Shown here: positions 44,300-52,871 of the stretch, piece by piece
How the letters are laid out: each line of letters starts with the position of its first letter
Position numbering within the stretch: the stretch's first letter is position 1
The notes under the pieces: model-generated
Database searches by the model: none
What the model saw: the letters and a program-made list of their open reading frames with translations, nothing else
Told to the model about the DNA's origin: nothing
Translations under genes and position numbers: made by a program
Source: Nitrospirota bacterium
GTDB taxonomy: Bacteria; Nitrospirota; UBA9217
DNA length: 64,000 nt
Direction: 5' to 3'
Assembly: GCA_963751455.1 (NCBI GenBank)
Contig: CAVVUN010000002.1
Coordinates: 480,001 to 544,000 of the forward strand

Positions 44300-44530
44300 A
44301 TGCCAAAAGGACCGCAAGGACAAAAGAGGCCCGCTGATGTGATCGGGAACGCTATTAAGATCGCCAAGATCGCTACGGGCGAGATTGAAGAAAAGACCGA
44401 TGGGAAAGAGTACGCCCGTAAAGGTGGCCTTATAGGTGGCAAAGCTAGAGCGGATAAATTGACACCCGCCCGACGAAAGGCAATAGCCAAGAAAGCCGCA
44501 AAAACCCGCTGGGAAAAGCCTCGACCGTAA
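44300..44530 (+). CDS. Small basic KGG-like protein of the IS element
   Basis: MPKGPQGQKRPADVIGNA...KGGLIGGKARA...AAKTRW; promoter TTGAGC-17-TATTAT ends 6 nt before the ATG. Confidence 0.8.
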   Translation: MPKGPQGQKRPADVIGNAIKIAKIATGEIEEKTDGKEYARKGGLIGGKARADKLTPARRKAIAKKAAKTRWEKPRP

Positions 44531-44695
44531 CCCCTTGACCCATTGATAAAATTGCATTAATACTTTAGTACTGCCAACTATTCCTCTCCTGTATTGCCTA
44601 TATCGGGGCAATAAATCTACAGGGTCAATGAAAAGTATTGACTCTCTCCTCAATATCTGCTATAAATAATCATCCTAAAGGAAGGGGGTTAGCCT

Positions 44696-45127
44696 ATGCC
44701 TCGGATGGATACAATAGATCGAACGAAGGCCAATTTTAATTTTTCAGAGATGAAGCAAAAACTTCAGTCTCAGCTTGCACAGTATCAACAGGCTGTCGAG
44801 GAAGTGAAGAGGGAATTGGATGCGCTGGCCATCATAGAAGGGTCCAAATATCTCGCAATCGAGTCAAGAACAGACCGGTCTCGATCACAGACAAGTTTAT
44901 TCAGCAAGTCTTCTCTAAAAGATAGAATGATTGCCACAGTCAATACCATGCCAGAAAAATTTACACGCATGGAGTTTTTCGAGTGCGTAAAAAAAACAGG
45001 AGAAGCTAACGACGGATCATTGAGCGTATATTTCCCTCAGCTGAAAGCTGAAGGGTATATTATGGTTCTTGAAGAACCACACGGGCATCAACCTGGCTAT
45101 TACACTAAGGGCAATAGGCACGAGTAG
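44696..45127 (+). CDS. Hypothetical protein, coiled coil plus possible winged helix (IS cargo)
   Basis: RBS AAGGGGG; promoter TTGACT-17-TATAAA; N-terminal heptads. Confidence 0.65.
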   Translation: MPRMDTIDRTKANFNFSEMKQKLQSQLAQYQQAVEEVKRELDALAIIEGSKYLAIESRTDRSRSQTSLFSKSSLKDRMIATVNTMPEKFTRMEFFECVKKTGEANDGSLSVYFPQLKAEGYIMVLEEPHGHQPGYYTKGNRHE

Positions 45128-45155
45128 CAAGTTTTTGAGTTGGGAGGTGATGTGA

Positions 45156-45212
45156 ATGAGAAGAAGATCTAGCGCCATAGTGGACGGCGTGGACATAAAT
45201 AGACAGAAATAG
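45156..45212 (+). CDS. Putative 18-aa leader peptide MRRRSSAIVDGVDINRQK
   Basis: RBS GGAGGTGA; ATG AGA AGA AGA; stop codon inside a 13-bp stem. Confidence 0.45.
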   Translation: MRRRSSAIVDGVDINRQK

Positions 45213-45274
45213 CGTGAGCTTTTAAGCCTGACCAGCCGAAACTCACGCTATTTCCCACTCCCTGATACATATAT

Positions 45275-45347
45275 GCCCCTGTAGTTCAACGGATAGAACA
45301 CGCGTCCACTAAACGCACTATCCCGGGTTCGAATCCCGGCAGGGGCT
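45275..45347 (+). tRNA. tRNA-like gene with anticodon ACT (atypical, no encoded CCA)
   Basis: Acceptor GCCCCTG/CAGGGGC, D arm GTTC-AACGGATA-GAAC, anticodon arm CGCGT-CCACTAA-ACGCA, T arm CCGGG-TTCGAAT-CCCGG. Confidence 0.8.
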
Positions 45348-45360
45348 CTTTTGTTGTTTA

Positions 45361-45388
45361 ATTATAAACCAATTGGCTTAAATGTCAA
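45361..45388 (-). promoter_or_regulatory. Consensus sigma70 promoter antisense to the tRNA-like gene
   Basis: Minus strand TTGACA-16 bp-TATAAT. Confidence 0.6.
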
Positions 45389-45411
45389 TTGTAAATTATA
45401 GGAGTACAACT

Positions 45412-45744
45412 ATGAGCGATACGGGTACAGCTACTTGGTTAACTTACACCTTCACGGTTTATCCCCATGCAGGTACATCATGGAACAGTGTTGCGGGAAT
45501 TTACATTTTGACAGGTGTAAATCGACAGAATCAGTGGGAACCTTTGTATATTGGGCAATGCGACAGTTTTCTAAGCAGAATTCCATCGCACGAGAGATGG
45601 GATGAGGCACAGGCTCTAGGGGCGCGCCATATACATGCGCTGGTGGTGTCGAAGCAGGAAGATCGTGACATAATTGAGAAGGCTTTGATTCGTGCATATC
45701 AGCCACCTCTAAACGATCTATTGAAAAAGTATCTTTCACTTTAA
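45412..45744 (+). CDS. Stand-alone GIY-YIG nuclease-like protein (IS cargo)
   Basis: AGIYIL...LYIGQ, SRIPSH, IEKALI...PPLN; RBS AGGAG. Confidence 0.8.
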   Translation: MSDTGTATWLTYTFTVYPHAGTSWNSVAGIYILTGVNRQNQWEPLYIGQCDSFLSRIPSHERWDEAQALGARHIHALVVSKQEDRDIIEKALIRAYQPPLNDLLKKYLSL

Positions 45745-45766
45745 TACCTCCACAATAGGTTCAACC

Positions 45767-45810
45767 TGGGGTTTTGCGCAATCCATCCGTGCAAGGCCCC
45801 TTTTCTTTTC
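45767..45810 (+). terminator. Intrinsic terminator after the GIY-YIG gene
   Basis: GGGGTTTTGCGC...GTGCAAGGCCCC followed by TTTTCTTTTC. Confidence 0.6.
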
Positions 45811-45819
45811 TTGAGTACT

Positions 45820-45848
45820 ATTATAGGTGAACGATCGTTCACTGTCAA
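45820..45848 (-). promoter_or_regulatory. Consensus sigma70 promoter with a 16-bp palindrome, antisense to the GIY-YIG gene
   Basis: Minus strand TTGACA-GTGAACGATCGTTCACC-TATAAT. Confidence 0.7.
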
Positions 45849-45876
45849 GGGTATTATTTTAAACTGAAAATAATGC

Positions 45877-45905
45877 TTGACACTCAAGCATAAAGTTCAT
45901 ATAAT
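45877..45905 (+). promoter_or_regulatory. Transposase promoter (likely leaderless mRNA) with an inverted repeat over the -35
   Basis: TTGACA-17-TATAAT-6 nt-ATG; TGCTTGA-CAC-TCAAGCA. Confidence 0.7.
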
Positions 45906-45911
45906 AAGAAC

Positions 45912-46742
45912 ATGAACAAACTACCTATCAATAAACGAGTCCAAATACTAAACATGCTTTGCGAAGGAAGCTCAATGCGATCTATCTCGCGGATCGCAGA
46001 CGTTTCGATCAACACCGTTACGAAGCTGCTTGTTGATGCAGGGACGGCATGTAACGAGTACCATAATCAGAACGTAAAGGAACTTACCGTTAAGCGCGTC
46101 CAGGCCGACGAGATTTGGAGTTTTTGTTACTCGAAAGAAAAGAACGTTCCCGAGGAAAAGCAGGGTATATTTGGTTACGGTGATGTATGGACGTTTACGG
46201 CCATTGATGCGGATTCAAAGCTGATCGTATCCTGGCACGTAGGCAGTAGGGATATGGAGAACGCGACCATGTTCATGAAGGACGTAGCATCAAGGCTTAA
46301 AAGCCGCGTCCAGTTAACCACAGACGGCCATAAAATGTATTTGGAAGCTGTAGAGAGTGCTTTCGGTTCTGATATTGACTTTGCGCAGCTTGTGAAGATA
46401 TATAGGAGTGTGCCGAGTAGTGCTGAAACGCGGTATAGTCCTGCCAAATATGTCGGGGCTGAAAAAACAAAGATCACCGGCAACCCTGACAGGAAGGAAG
46501 TATCTACTTCCCATGTTGAACGTCAAAACCTTAACATGCGTATGGGGATGCGCAGATTTACCCGGTTGACGAACGCATTCTCAAAGAAACTGGAAAATCA
46601 CTATCACGCGCTTTCGCTCTATTTCATGTTCTATAACTTCGTAAGGATTCACAAAACCTTGAGTGTTACACCTGCAATGGCAGCTAACTTAACCGATAGG
46701 CTTTGGACTATGGAAGATATAGTTGCTTTGATAGAGAAATAA
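45912..46742 (+). CDS. IS1-family DDE transposase
   Basis: N-terminal [34 protein letters not shown]. Confidence 0.92.
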   Translation: MNKLPINKRVQILNMLCEGSSMRSISRIADVSINTVTKLLVDAGTACNEYHNQNVKELTVKRVQADEIWSFCYSKEKNVPEEKQGIFGYGDVWTFTAIDADSKLIVSWHVGSRDMENATMFMKDVASRLKSRVQLTTDGHKMYLEAVESAFGSDIDFAQLVKIYRSVPSSAETRYSPAKYVGAEKTKITGNPDRKEVSTSHVERQNLNMRMGMRRFTRLTNAFSKKLENHYHALSLYFMFYNFVRIHKTLSVTPAMAANLTDRLWTMEDIVALIEK

Positions 46743-46829
46743 AGCAGAGGCCGGATTTTTTTTATTTTCCCCTTGACAGTAAGTACTTACTTACATTATA
46801 CTATAGGTGGATATAGGAAAGGAGTGCTT

Positions 46830-46982
46830 ATGCCAGAACAAAACAAGGATGGGAAAATATTAACAACGTATGATTTTACTTTAATGACGTGGAAAGCCGT
46901 TCGTTATCTCCGGTTTTCGATAGCCTTGATTATATCGCTTCTAATTGCGATTGGGTCAATACTGGCATTCAAAGCTTTTTGA
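46830..46982 (+). CDS. 50-aa single-TM protein overlapping the antisense Zn-ribbon gene
   Basis: Promoter TTGACA-18-TATACT (46773-46802), RBS AAGGAG, hydrophobic C-terminus. Confidence 0.5.
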   Translation: MPEQNKDGKILTTYDFTLMTWKAVRYLRFSIALIISLLIAIGSILAFKAF

Positions 46983-47101
46983 CAGCTAGGGCAGGAGTAA
47001 ATAACCGTTTTCCATTCTTGCCCCATAAATGCGGACGAATTAACCGAGTCTAAATTTAATCTGAATAAAGGTTGATTACAATGTGGACAGTTAGCAGCCA
47101 T
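46904..47101 (-). CDS. 65-aa zinc-ribbon protein (IS cargo)
   Basis: CPHC...CPSC; RBS AAGGGGG. Confidence 0.65.
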   Translation of the reverse strand: MAANCPHCNQPLFRLNLDSVNSSAFMGQEWKTVIYSCPSCQKALNASIDPIAIRSDIIKAIENRR

Positions 47102-47477
47102 AGTTCCCCCTTTTATTCTATGAGATTGATAGGGCATCATATCATTTTTAGTAAAAATAAGGGGATTTTTTATAAAGGATTGAAACTGAGACACTACCGA
47201 ATTGACGGTTATGATGGAACCATGCCGGCCATGGACAGCTTCAAGCGGTATATCAACGCTATGGCATTCCACAGAGCGTCTATTTGGACAGGCACTCAAC
47301 GTATAAATCCACGGCCAAGCAGAGCATCGAGTATGAGTTGTTTATGTCTCTCCAATTACGCATTATGAAAAAAGCAATAAAAGCCGAAAAATAAACAGCA
47401 ACAATTGCCGAGAGAACCTGTAAATATTCTGCTACAATATGTCCGAGTGAAAAAAGCGGCATCTGCGATTACCTCTC

Positions 47478-47957
47478 ATGAAAATATCCGATATGATCAG
47501 ACAAAAGCTGGAGGAAAAAGGTTACACTTCCCTGAAGGAAGCGTCGAAATATCTTGGGATAAGCTCCGAGCTTCTGAGGGTGACTTTGAACAAAGAGCAC
47601 ATTCCGAAGGATAAAATCCTAGATCGTATAGCCCGAAAACTGAACTTGGATCCATCCGCGTTGATACTGGAAGCGCACAGGGAAAAAGTGCCGACCGGAG
47701 TAAAAGGATATTTCCTTTCTCCTAAAGAAAAGAATACATATAGCAAAAAGCGGAAGTGGCCGCTTTCCGAAGAGCAGTGCGATCATATCGGGAAGGTGAT
47801 GACATCCGAGGAGATTCAGGTGACAAGAATGCTTCGGCAGGTGACAGATGATGCAAAGGTGCAGATCATGGGGTATATCACTTTCATGTTTACGACAAAA
47901 AGAAAAGAAATCTCATCGATGGCCGAAACCGATGATAATAAGGCGAAAGCCGGATGA
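47478..47957 (+). CDS. XRE-like HTH transcriptional regulator
   Basis: SLKEASKYLGISSELL...IARKLNL. Confidence 0.65.
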   Translation: MKISDMIRQKLEEKGYTSLKEASKYLGISSELLRVTLNKEHIPKDKILDRIARKLNLDPSALILEAHREKVPTGVKGYFLSPKEKNTYSKKRKWPLSEEQCDHIGKVMTSEEIQVTRMLRQVTDDAKVQIMGYITFMFTTKRKEISSMAETDDNKAKAG

Positions 47958-48080
47958 TCCTTGCTCTTGAAAAGCACTACCAGACTACCCTTATAATCGA
48001 TTTGACCCACATCTATTCCAGCCCCAAAGCACGGCCTGTCTAACCCTGACATTTTGCCGATCATAAGGTATAGAATATTT

Positions 48081-48247
48081 GTAACTACTCAGGTCATTTT
48101 TTTATCCGCAGATTACGCAGATTTCGCAGATAAAAACAAAACCAGAATTCCGGTTTTAGAATCTGCGAAATCTGCGAAATCTGCGGATAGAAGGGCTTTT
48201 TCTTAGATTTGTCTTAATGCTGTTCTGAAAAGAAGCTGAATAGTTAC
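48081..48247. mobile_element. 167-bp MITE (GTAAC family)
   Basis: TIR GTAACTACTCAG / CTGAATAGTTAC; 8-bp TSD GAATATTT; internal CGCAGATT repeats forming a palindrome. Confidence 0.85.
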
Positions 48248-48336
48248 GAATATTTAAGTATCAAAAACTTTTGATTTTTGATCCTTGACAGAGTTATAAT
48301 TTACGTCCTCTTTCCGTAGCCATAGGTAGGTATTCC

Positions 48337-51300
48337 GTGAAAATATTAATCGTTGACGATGATCCCGAGATCCGGGATGCAGTAGCCCTGACGCTCACCG
48401 AGCATGGACATGACGTTCTGGAAGCCGAAGACGGGGCGCAAGGACTGGACGTTGCAACAGGTCATCGACCCGATGCTATTGTCTCGGACGGCCTTATGCC
48501 CCGCATGGATGGATACCAATTTTTAAAGGCACTGAAATCCGATCAAAAATTGAAGGCAACGACGTTTATTTTCTATACCGCGGTTTATACCGGAGAAGAG
48601 GCGATAAAGTTTGGTTCCTCATTAGGTGCGGACGGGTTCATCGCGAAGCCCAAAAGACCGGATCTTTTCTGGAAAGAATTTTCCGCGATCCTTGCAAAAA
48701 AAACAAGCGGAGGAAAGGACGTTGTTCAATCTCCGGGAAACGGCAGTGAGGAAGAATACTTCAGGAACTACAGCAGCATTATCGCGGCACAGCTTGAAGC
48801 GAAGGTGCGTGAACTCGAACAGGTCATCGATGAGCATAACCGGGTCAAATCCGTATTGCAGGATAGCGAAGAGCGATATCGCAGCTTATTTGAGAGCAAC
48901 CCTCACCCAATGTGGGTCTATGATATTGAATCCCTGTCGTTTCTTGCTGTAAACGACGCTGCGATCCAGAACTATGGCTATTCCCGGGACGAGTTTCTTT
49001 CTATGACCATCAAGGAAATCCGTCCTCCTGAAGACATTCCCGCCCTGCAGAAAACACTTGATAATGTTGGCCAGGGGTACTCGCAATTCGGGTCCTGGAG
49101 ACATCGAAAAAAAGACGGTACTCACATCGATGTCGAAATAACCGCTCATATTCTGACCTTTTGCGGAAGGCCGGCCCGTCTGATCCTCGCCCAGGACGTA
49201 ACGGAAAAGAAACGCCTGGAGAGGGTAATCAAGGCCGCCGCGGTAGAATGGCGTCGGACGTTTGACGCAATAACCGATGCAATATGCTTATTGGACGAAC
49301 AAGGCATAATCCGCCGCTCGAACCAGGCCATGGCCGGTCTTTTTGGAAAATCCATTAACGAAATCATAGGCCGGCATTGTTGTGACATAGTACACGGCAC
49401 AAGCCATCCGGCCGAAGAATGCCCATATGCCGTGACCCGAATCACGAAAAAAAGAGCCAGCACTGAAATGACCCTTAGCGAAAGATGGTATGAAGTGACA
49501 ACCGATCCCTATTTCGATGCCTCCGGGAAATTGATCGGCGCTGTCCACATCATGAGCGATATTACCGGGCGGAAACAGTTGGAGGATGCCCTCAGAGCGG
49601 CCGTCGTAAAAGCCGAAGACGAAAAGGCCAAATCACACGGAATTCTTGATGCGGTCGCAGACGGCATTACTATTCAAAACCGGGATTTCAGAATTGAATA
49701 TCAAAATCAATATCTGATAAACATCTTCGGAGACCGGGTCGGCGAATTCTGCTACAACGTGTATGAAAAGAAAGATAGGCAATGCGAGGGGTGTCCCGTG
49801 GCATTGTCGTTTGAAGATGGCGAAATTCATACTGCAGTAAGGACCGTTCCCATGAAGAACGGCATTATGTCTTTCCAGAATACCGCTTCTCCGATACGGG
49901 ATTCAGGCGGGAACATAATATCCGCGATTGAGGTTGTCAGGGACGTTACGGAGCGTGAGCGATATCGGGAAGCATTGGAAGCGTCCGAAAAGAGATACCG
50001 GGATCTCTTCGAAAACGCCAATGATGCGATAGTTCTGGTCGATTCGGACTTTCGGTTCATCGATGTGAATAAAAAATCGGAGGAGATGACCGGCTTCTCC
50101 AGGGGCGAACTGCTGCAAATGGGCATTCTCGATATGGTTGATCCGGAACAGATCCCGGCATCGAAAAAAGAATTTTTAAAATTGAGCAGCTTATGGGGAT
50201 CCGAAAAGTTTCACGGAAAAATCAGGACCAAACAAGGGCGGTGGCTCGATGTTGAGGTAAGCTCTTCCGCAATTCGCAAAAACGGAAAAACAGTGGGCTC
50301 TCGTGACATCATCCGGGACATAACTGATAGAAAGCGGGCTGAAAAAGCATTGCGAGCGAACGAGGAGATATTGTCCGTATACAGCAAAGAGCTTACCGCC
50401 CTGAATGTGGCGTCAAACACTTTGATGCTCATTACAAATCTCAAGGATATGTATCAGGCAATATGCGACATAATCTATTCGGTCTTTGAATTAAAGATGG
50501 TGTGGTTGGGCATTATTGAAAAAGGAAACCAGGATGTGAAAGCTGTGGCGTATGCAGGTGAGGAGAAAGGTTATCTTTCCAAGATTCAGATCACTTGGGA
50601 CGACTCACCCACAGGCATGGGGCCGACCGGCATGGCCATCAAAACAAAAAAGAGCTGCCGCTCCCATATCGATGATGCAGCGTATGCGCCGTGGCGCGGT
50701 TCGGCCGTCCAAAACGGTTACCATGCCTCGCTCGCGGTTCCTTTAATCTATGCTCGCGACAAGTGCATCGGCGCCCTGAATTTTTACAGTGAAGACCCTG
50801 CTTATTTCTCTCCCGACAGAATCAAGTTGTGCGAAATATTCGCCAACCAGGCCGCCATCGCAATAGAAAACGCGATGCTTATCGAGGAACTCAAGGAAAC
50901 GGTACTCGAAAGAACCAGAGAAATAGAGGATGCCAACCGGGAGCTTCAGTTCATCAACCGGGAGCTTGATGTGCGGAGGGAAGAGGCAGAGGCCGCCAGC
51001 AGATCCAAGACGGATTTTCTGGCAAATATGTCGCATGAACTCCGGACGCCTCTTAACTCGATTATGGGCTTTTCAGAAATCATGTCGCTCGGAATGGCAG
51101 GACCTCTGACAGAAAAGCAGAAAGAATTTGCGAGAGACATTAATACGAGCGCGAATCATCTGCTGGCCCTTATCAACGACATTCTCGATTTATCCAAGAT
51201 CGAAGCAGGAAAAGTTGAGCTTGAATTAAGCTATGTGAAGCCGAAGGAGCTTGTCGAAAGCAGTCTCTTTCTGTTCAAGGAAAAGGTACTGAAACATGGA

Positions 51301-51708
51301 ATAAAACTGGACATCAACATTGATGACCGGATTGACAGTATCCGGGTCGACCAGAGAAAGTTAAAGCAGGTATTGATAAATCTGCTCAGCAACGCACTCA
51401 AGTTCACTCCGGAGGGCGGCAGCATCCGGGTGTCTGCAACAAAGTCGCCGGATTCCGATCGCTTCCTCGAGATTTCCGTCGCGGATTCCGGAATCGGAAT
51501 TTCACGCGAAAACCAGAAGAAGCTTTTCCAGCCCTTTCAGCAGATTGAGACGAGCCTTACCCGGAAATATGCCGGTACGGGTCTCGGACTCAGCCTATGC
51601 AGAAAATTCGTAGAATCGCACGGCGGGAAAATATTTGTTGAAAGCGACGTCGGCAAAGGAAGCACATTTACGTTTACCATACCGATCCGTCCCGAGACGC
51701 AGGCATAG
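48337..51708 (+). CDS. Hybrid sensor histidine kinase (REC-4xPAS-GAF-HisKA-HATPase)
   Basis: ILIVDDD, repeated PAS/PAC ends (DVTE/DIT), MSHELRTPL, NLLSNALKFT, GTGLGL. Confidence 0.93.
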   Translation: MKILIVDDDPEIRDAVALTLTEHGHDVLEAEDGAQGLDVATGHRPDAIVSDGLMPRMDGYQFLKALKSDQKLKATTFIFYTAVYTGEEAIKFGSSLGADGFIAKPKRPDLFWKEFSAILAKKTSGGKDVVQSPGNGSEEEYFRNYSSIIAAQLEAKVRELEQVIDEHNRVKSVLQDSEERYRSLFESNPHPMWVYDIESLSFLAVNDAAIQNYGYSRDEFLSMTIKEIRPPEDIPALQKTLDNVGQGYSQFGSWRHRKKDGTHIDVEITAHILTFCGRPARLILAQDVTEKKRLERVIKAAAVEWRRTFDAITDAICLLDEQGIIRRSNQAMAGLFGKSINEIIGRHCCDIVHGTSHPAEECPYAVTRITKKRASTEMTLSERWYEVTTDPYFDASGKLIGAVHIMSDITGRKQLEDALRAAVVKAEDEKAKSHGILDAVADGITIQNRDFRIEYQNQYLINIFGDRVGEFCYNVYEKKDRQCEGCPVALSFEDGEIHTAVRTVPMKNGIMSFQNTASPIRDSGGNIISAIEVVRDVTERERYREALEASEKRYRDLFENANDAIVLVDSDFRFIDVNKKSEEMTGFSRGELLQMGILDMVDPEQIPASKKEFLKLSSLWGSEKFHGKIRTKQGRWLDVEVSSSAIRKNGKTVGSRDIIRDITDRKRAEKALRANEEILSVYSKELTALNVASNTLMLITNLKDMYQAICDIIYSVFELKMVWLGIIEKGNQDVKAVAYAGEEKGYLSKIQITWDDSPTGMGPTGMAIKTKKSCRSHIDDAAYAPWRGSAVQNGYHASLAVPLIYARDKCIGALNFYSEDPAYFSPDRIKLCEIFANQAAIAIENAMLIEELKETVLERTREIEDANRELQFINRELDVRREEAEAASRSKTDFLANMSHELRTPLNSIMGFSEIMSLGMAGPLTEKQKEFARDINTSANHLLALINDILDLSKIEAGKVELELSYVKPKELVESSLFLFKEKVLKHGIKLDINIDDRIDSIRVDQRKLKQVLINLLSNALKFTPEGGSIRVSATKSPDSDRFLEISVADSGIGISRENQKKLFQPFQQIETSLTRKYAGTGLGLSLCRKFVESHGGKIFVESDVGKGSTFTFTIPIRPETQA

Positions 51709-51752
51709 CGCGCGGGGGGCTTGAGCGGAAACAGCATTATAGAGGGTAAAAC

Positions 51753-52871
51753 ATGTCAGAAAAGTGTTCTCAGCAGAAAATTTTAATCGTAGACGATGAA
51801 GAAATGAATCGCAAAGTAATATCGTACATGCTCCAAAACAACGGGTACCTTCTTGAAACAGCGTGTAACGGCATCGAAGCCCTCGAAAAGGCGGAAAAGA
51901 CAGGTCCGGACCTGATCCTGCTGGATATAATGATGCCGGACATGGACGGATTTGAAACTTGCAGGCGATTGAAGGAAAATGCGTCTACGGCGCATGTGCC
52001 CGTCGTTATGGTTACGGCGCTGGCAGATAAGGACTCGAGAATTCGCGGACTGAGCGCCGGCGTCAATGATTTTGTTACTAAACCTGTTGACACCCTCGAA
52101 TTGATCCTTCGGACCAAGAACCTGCTCAAGGTAAAGGAGTACGGAGATTTATTGAGGCGTCACAAGGAAGAGCTGGAAATTGAGGTCGCAACGCGGACGA
52201 TGGACCTTGGGTCCGCCCTGAACGAACTCGGGAAGATGAACCAGGCGCTGAAGGAATCTCAGAACGGGATCAAACAAAGTTATATCGATACGATCTATCG
52301 GCTTACGATGGTCGCTGAATTCAAGGATGAAGACACGGGAGCCCATATTAAAAGGATCGGGCAGTATACGGCCCTCATGGCTCGGCATCTGGGTCTCCCG
52401 GAAGATTCGGTCGATATGATACGGTATGCAAGCCCAATGCATGATATCGGCAAGGTCGGTATTCCGTCAGATATTATCCTGAAACCGGCGCGGTTGTCGG
52501 TTGAGGAATTCGCTCTGATGAAAACGCATACAACGATTGGGGCGAAAATACTTCAAGGGTCAAGTTCCGAGCTGCTCGCCATGGCCGAGCGGATCGCATT
52601 GGCCCATCACGAACGATGGGACGGCAGCGGATATCCAAAAGGACTCAAGGGCGATGAAATTCCGATTGAGGGAAGAATCATGAATCTTGCCGATCAGTAC
52701 GATGCTCTCCGCAGTCTAAGGCCGTACAAACCGCCATTCGATCATACCAGGACGGTGAAAATAATCACGGAGGGCGACGGGCGTACCATTCCGGAACATT
52801 TCGACCCGAGGATAATGGAAATATTCGGTGATATCCATAAAGAATTCGACGTAATATTTGAAAACTATTGA
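51753..52871 (+). CDS. Response regulator with HD-GYP phosphodiesterase (RpfG-like)
   Basis: REC domain; MHDIGK; [11 protein letters not shown]. Confidence 0.93.
   Translation: MSEKCSQQKILIVDDEEMNRKVISYMLQNNGYLLETACNGIEALEKAEKTGPDLILLDIMMPDMDGFETCRRLKENASTAHVPVVMVTALADKDSRIRGLSAGVNDFVTKPVDTLELILRTKNLLKVKEYGDLLRRHKEELEIEVATRTMDLGSALNELGKMNQALKESQNGIKQSYIDTIYRLTMVAEFKDEDTGAHIKRIGQYTALMARHLGLPEDSVDMIRYASPMHDIGKVGIPSDIILKPARLSVEEFALMKTHTTIGAKILQGSSSELLAMAERIALAHHERWDGSGYPKGLKGDEIPIEGRIMNLADQYDALRSLRPYKPPFDHTRTVKIITEGDGRTIPEHFDPRIMEIFGDIHKEFDVIFENY

Larger units (their letters stand above)
44235..47198. mobile_element. IS1-family insertion element with passenger genes (2964 bp)
   Basis: TIR GGTAGTGTCTCAGTTT / AAACTGAGACACTACC; 8-bp TSD GAATTGAC at 44227-44234 and 47199-47206; more AT-rich than flanks. 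Confidence 0.93.

Noticed and set aside
45306-45312. Reading the tRNA-like gene as an amber (CTA) suppressor
   Set aside because: With the 5-bp stem and 7-nt loop CCACTAA, positions 34-36 are ACT; CTA is one base out of register.
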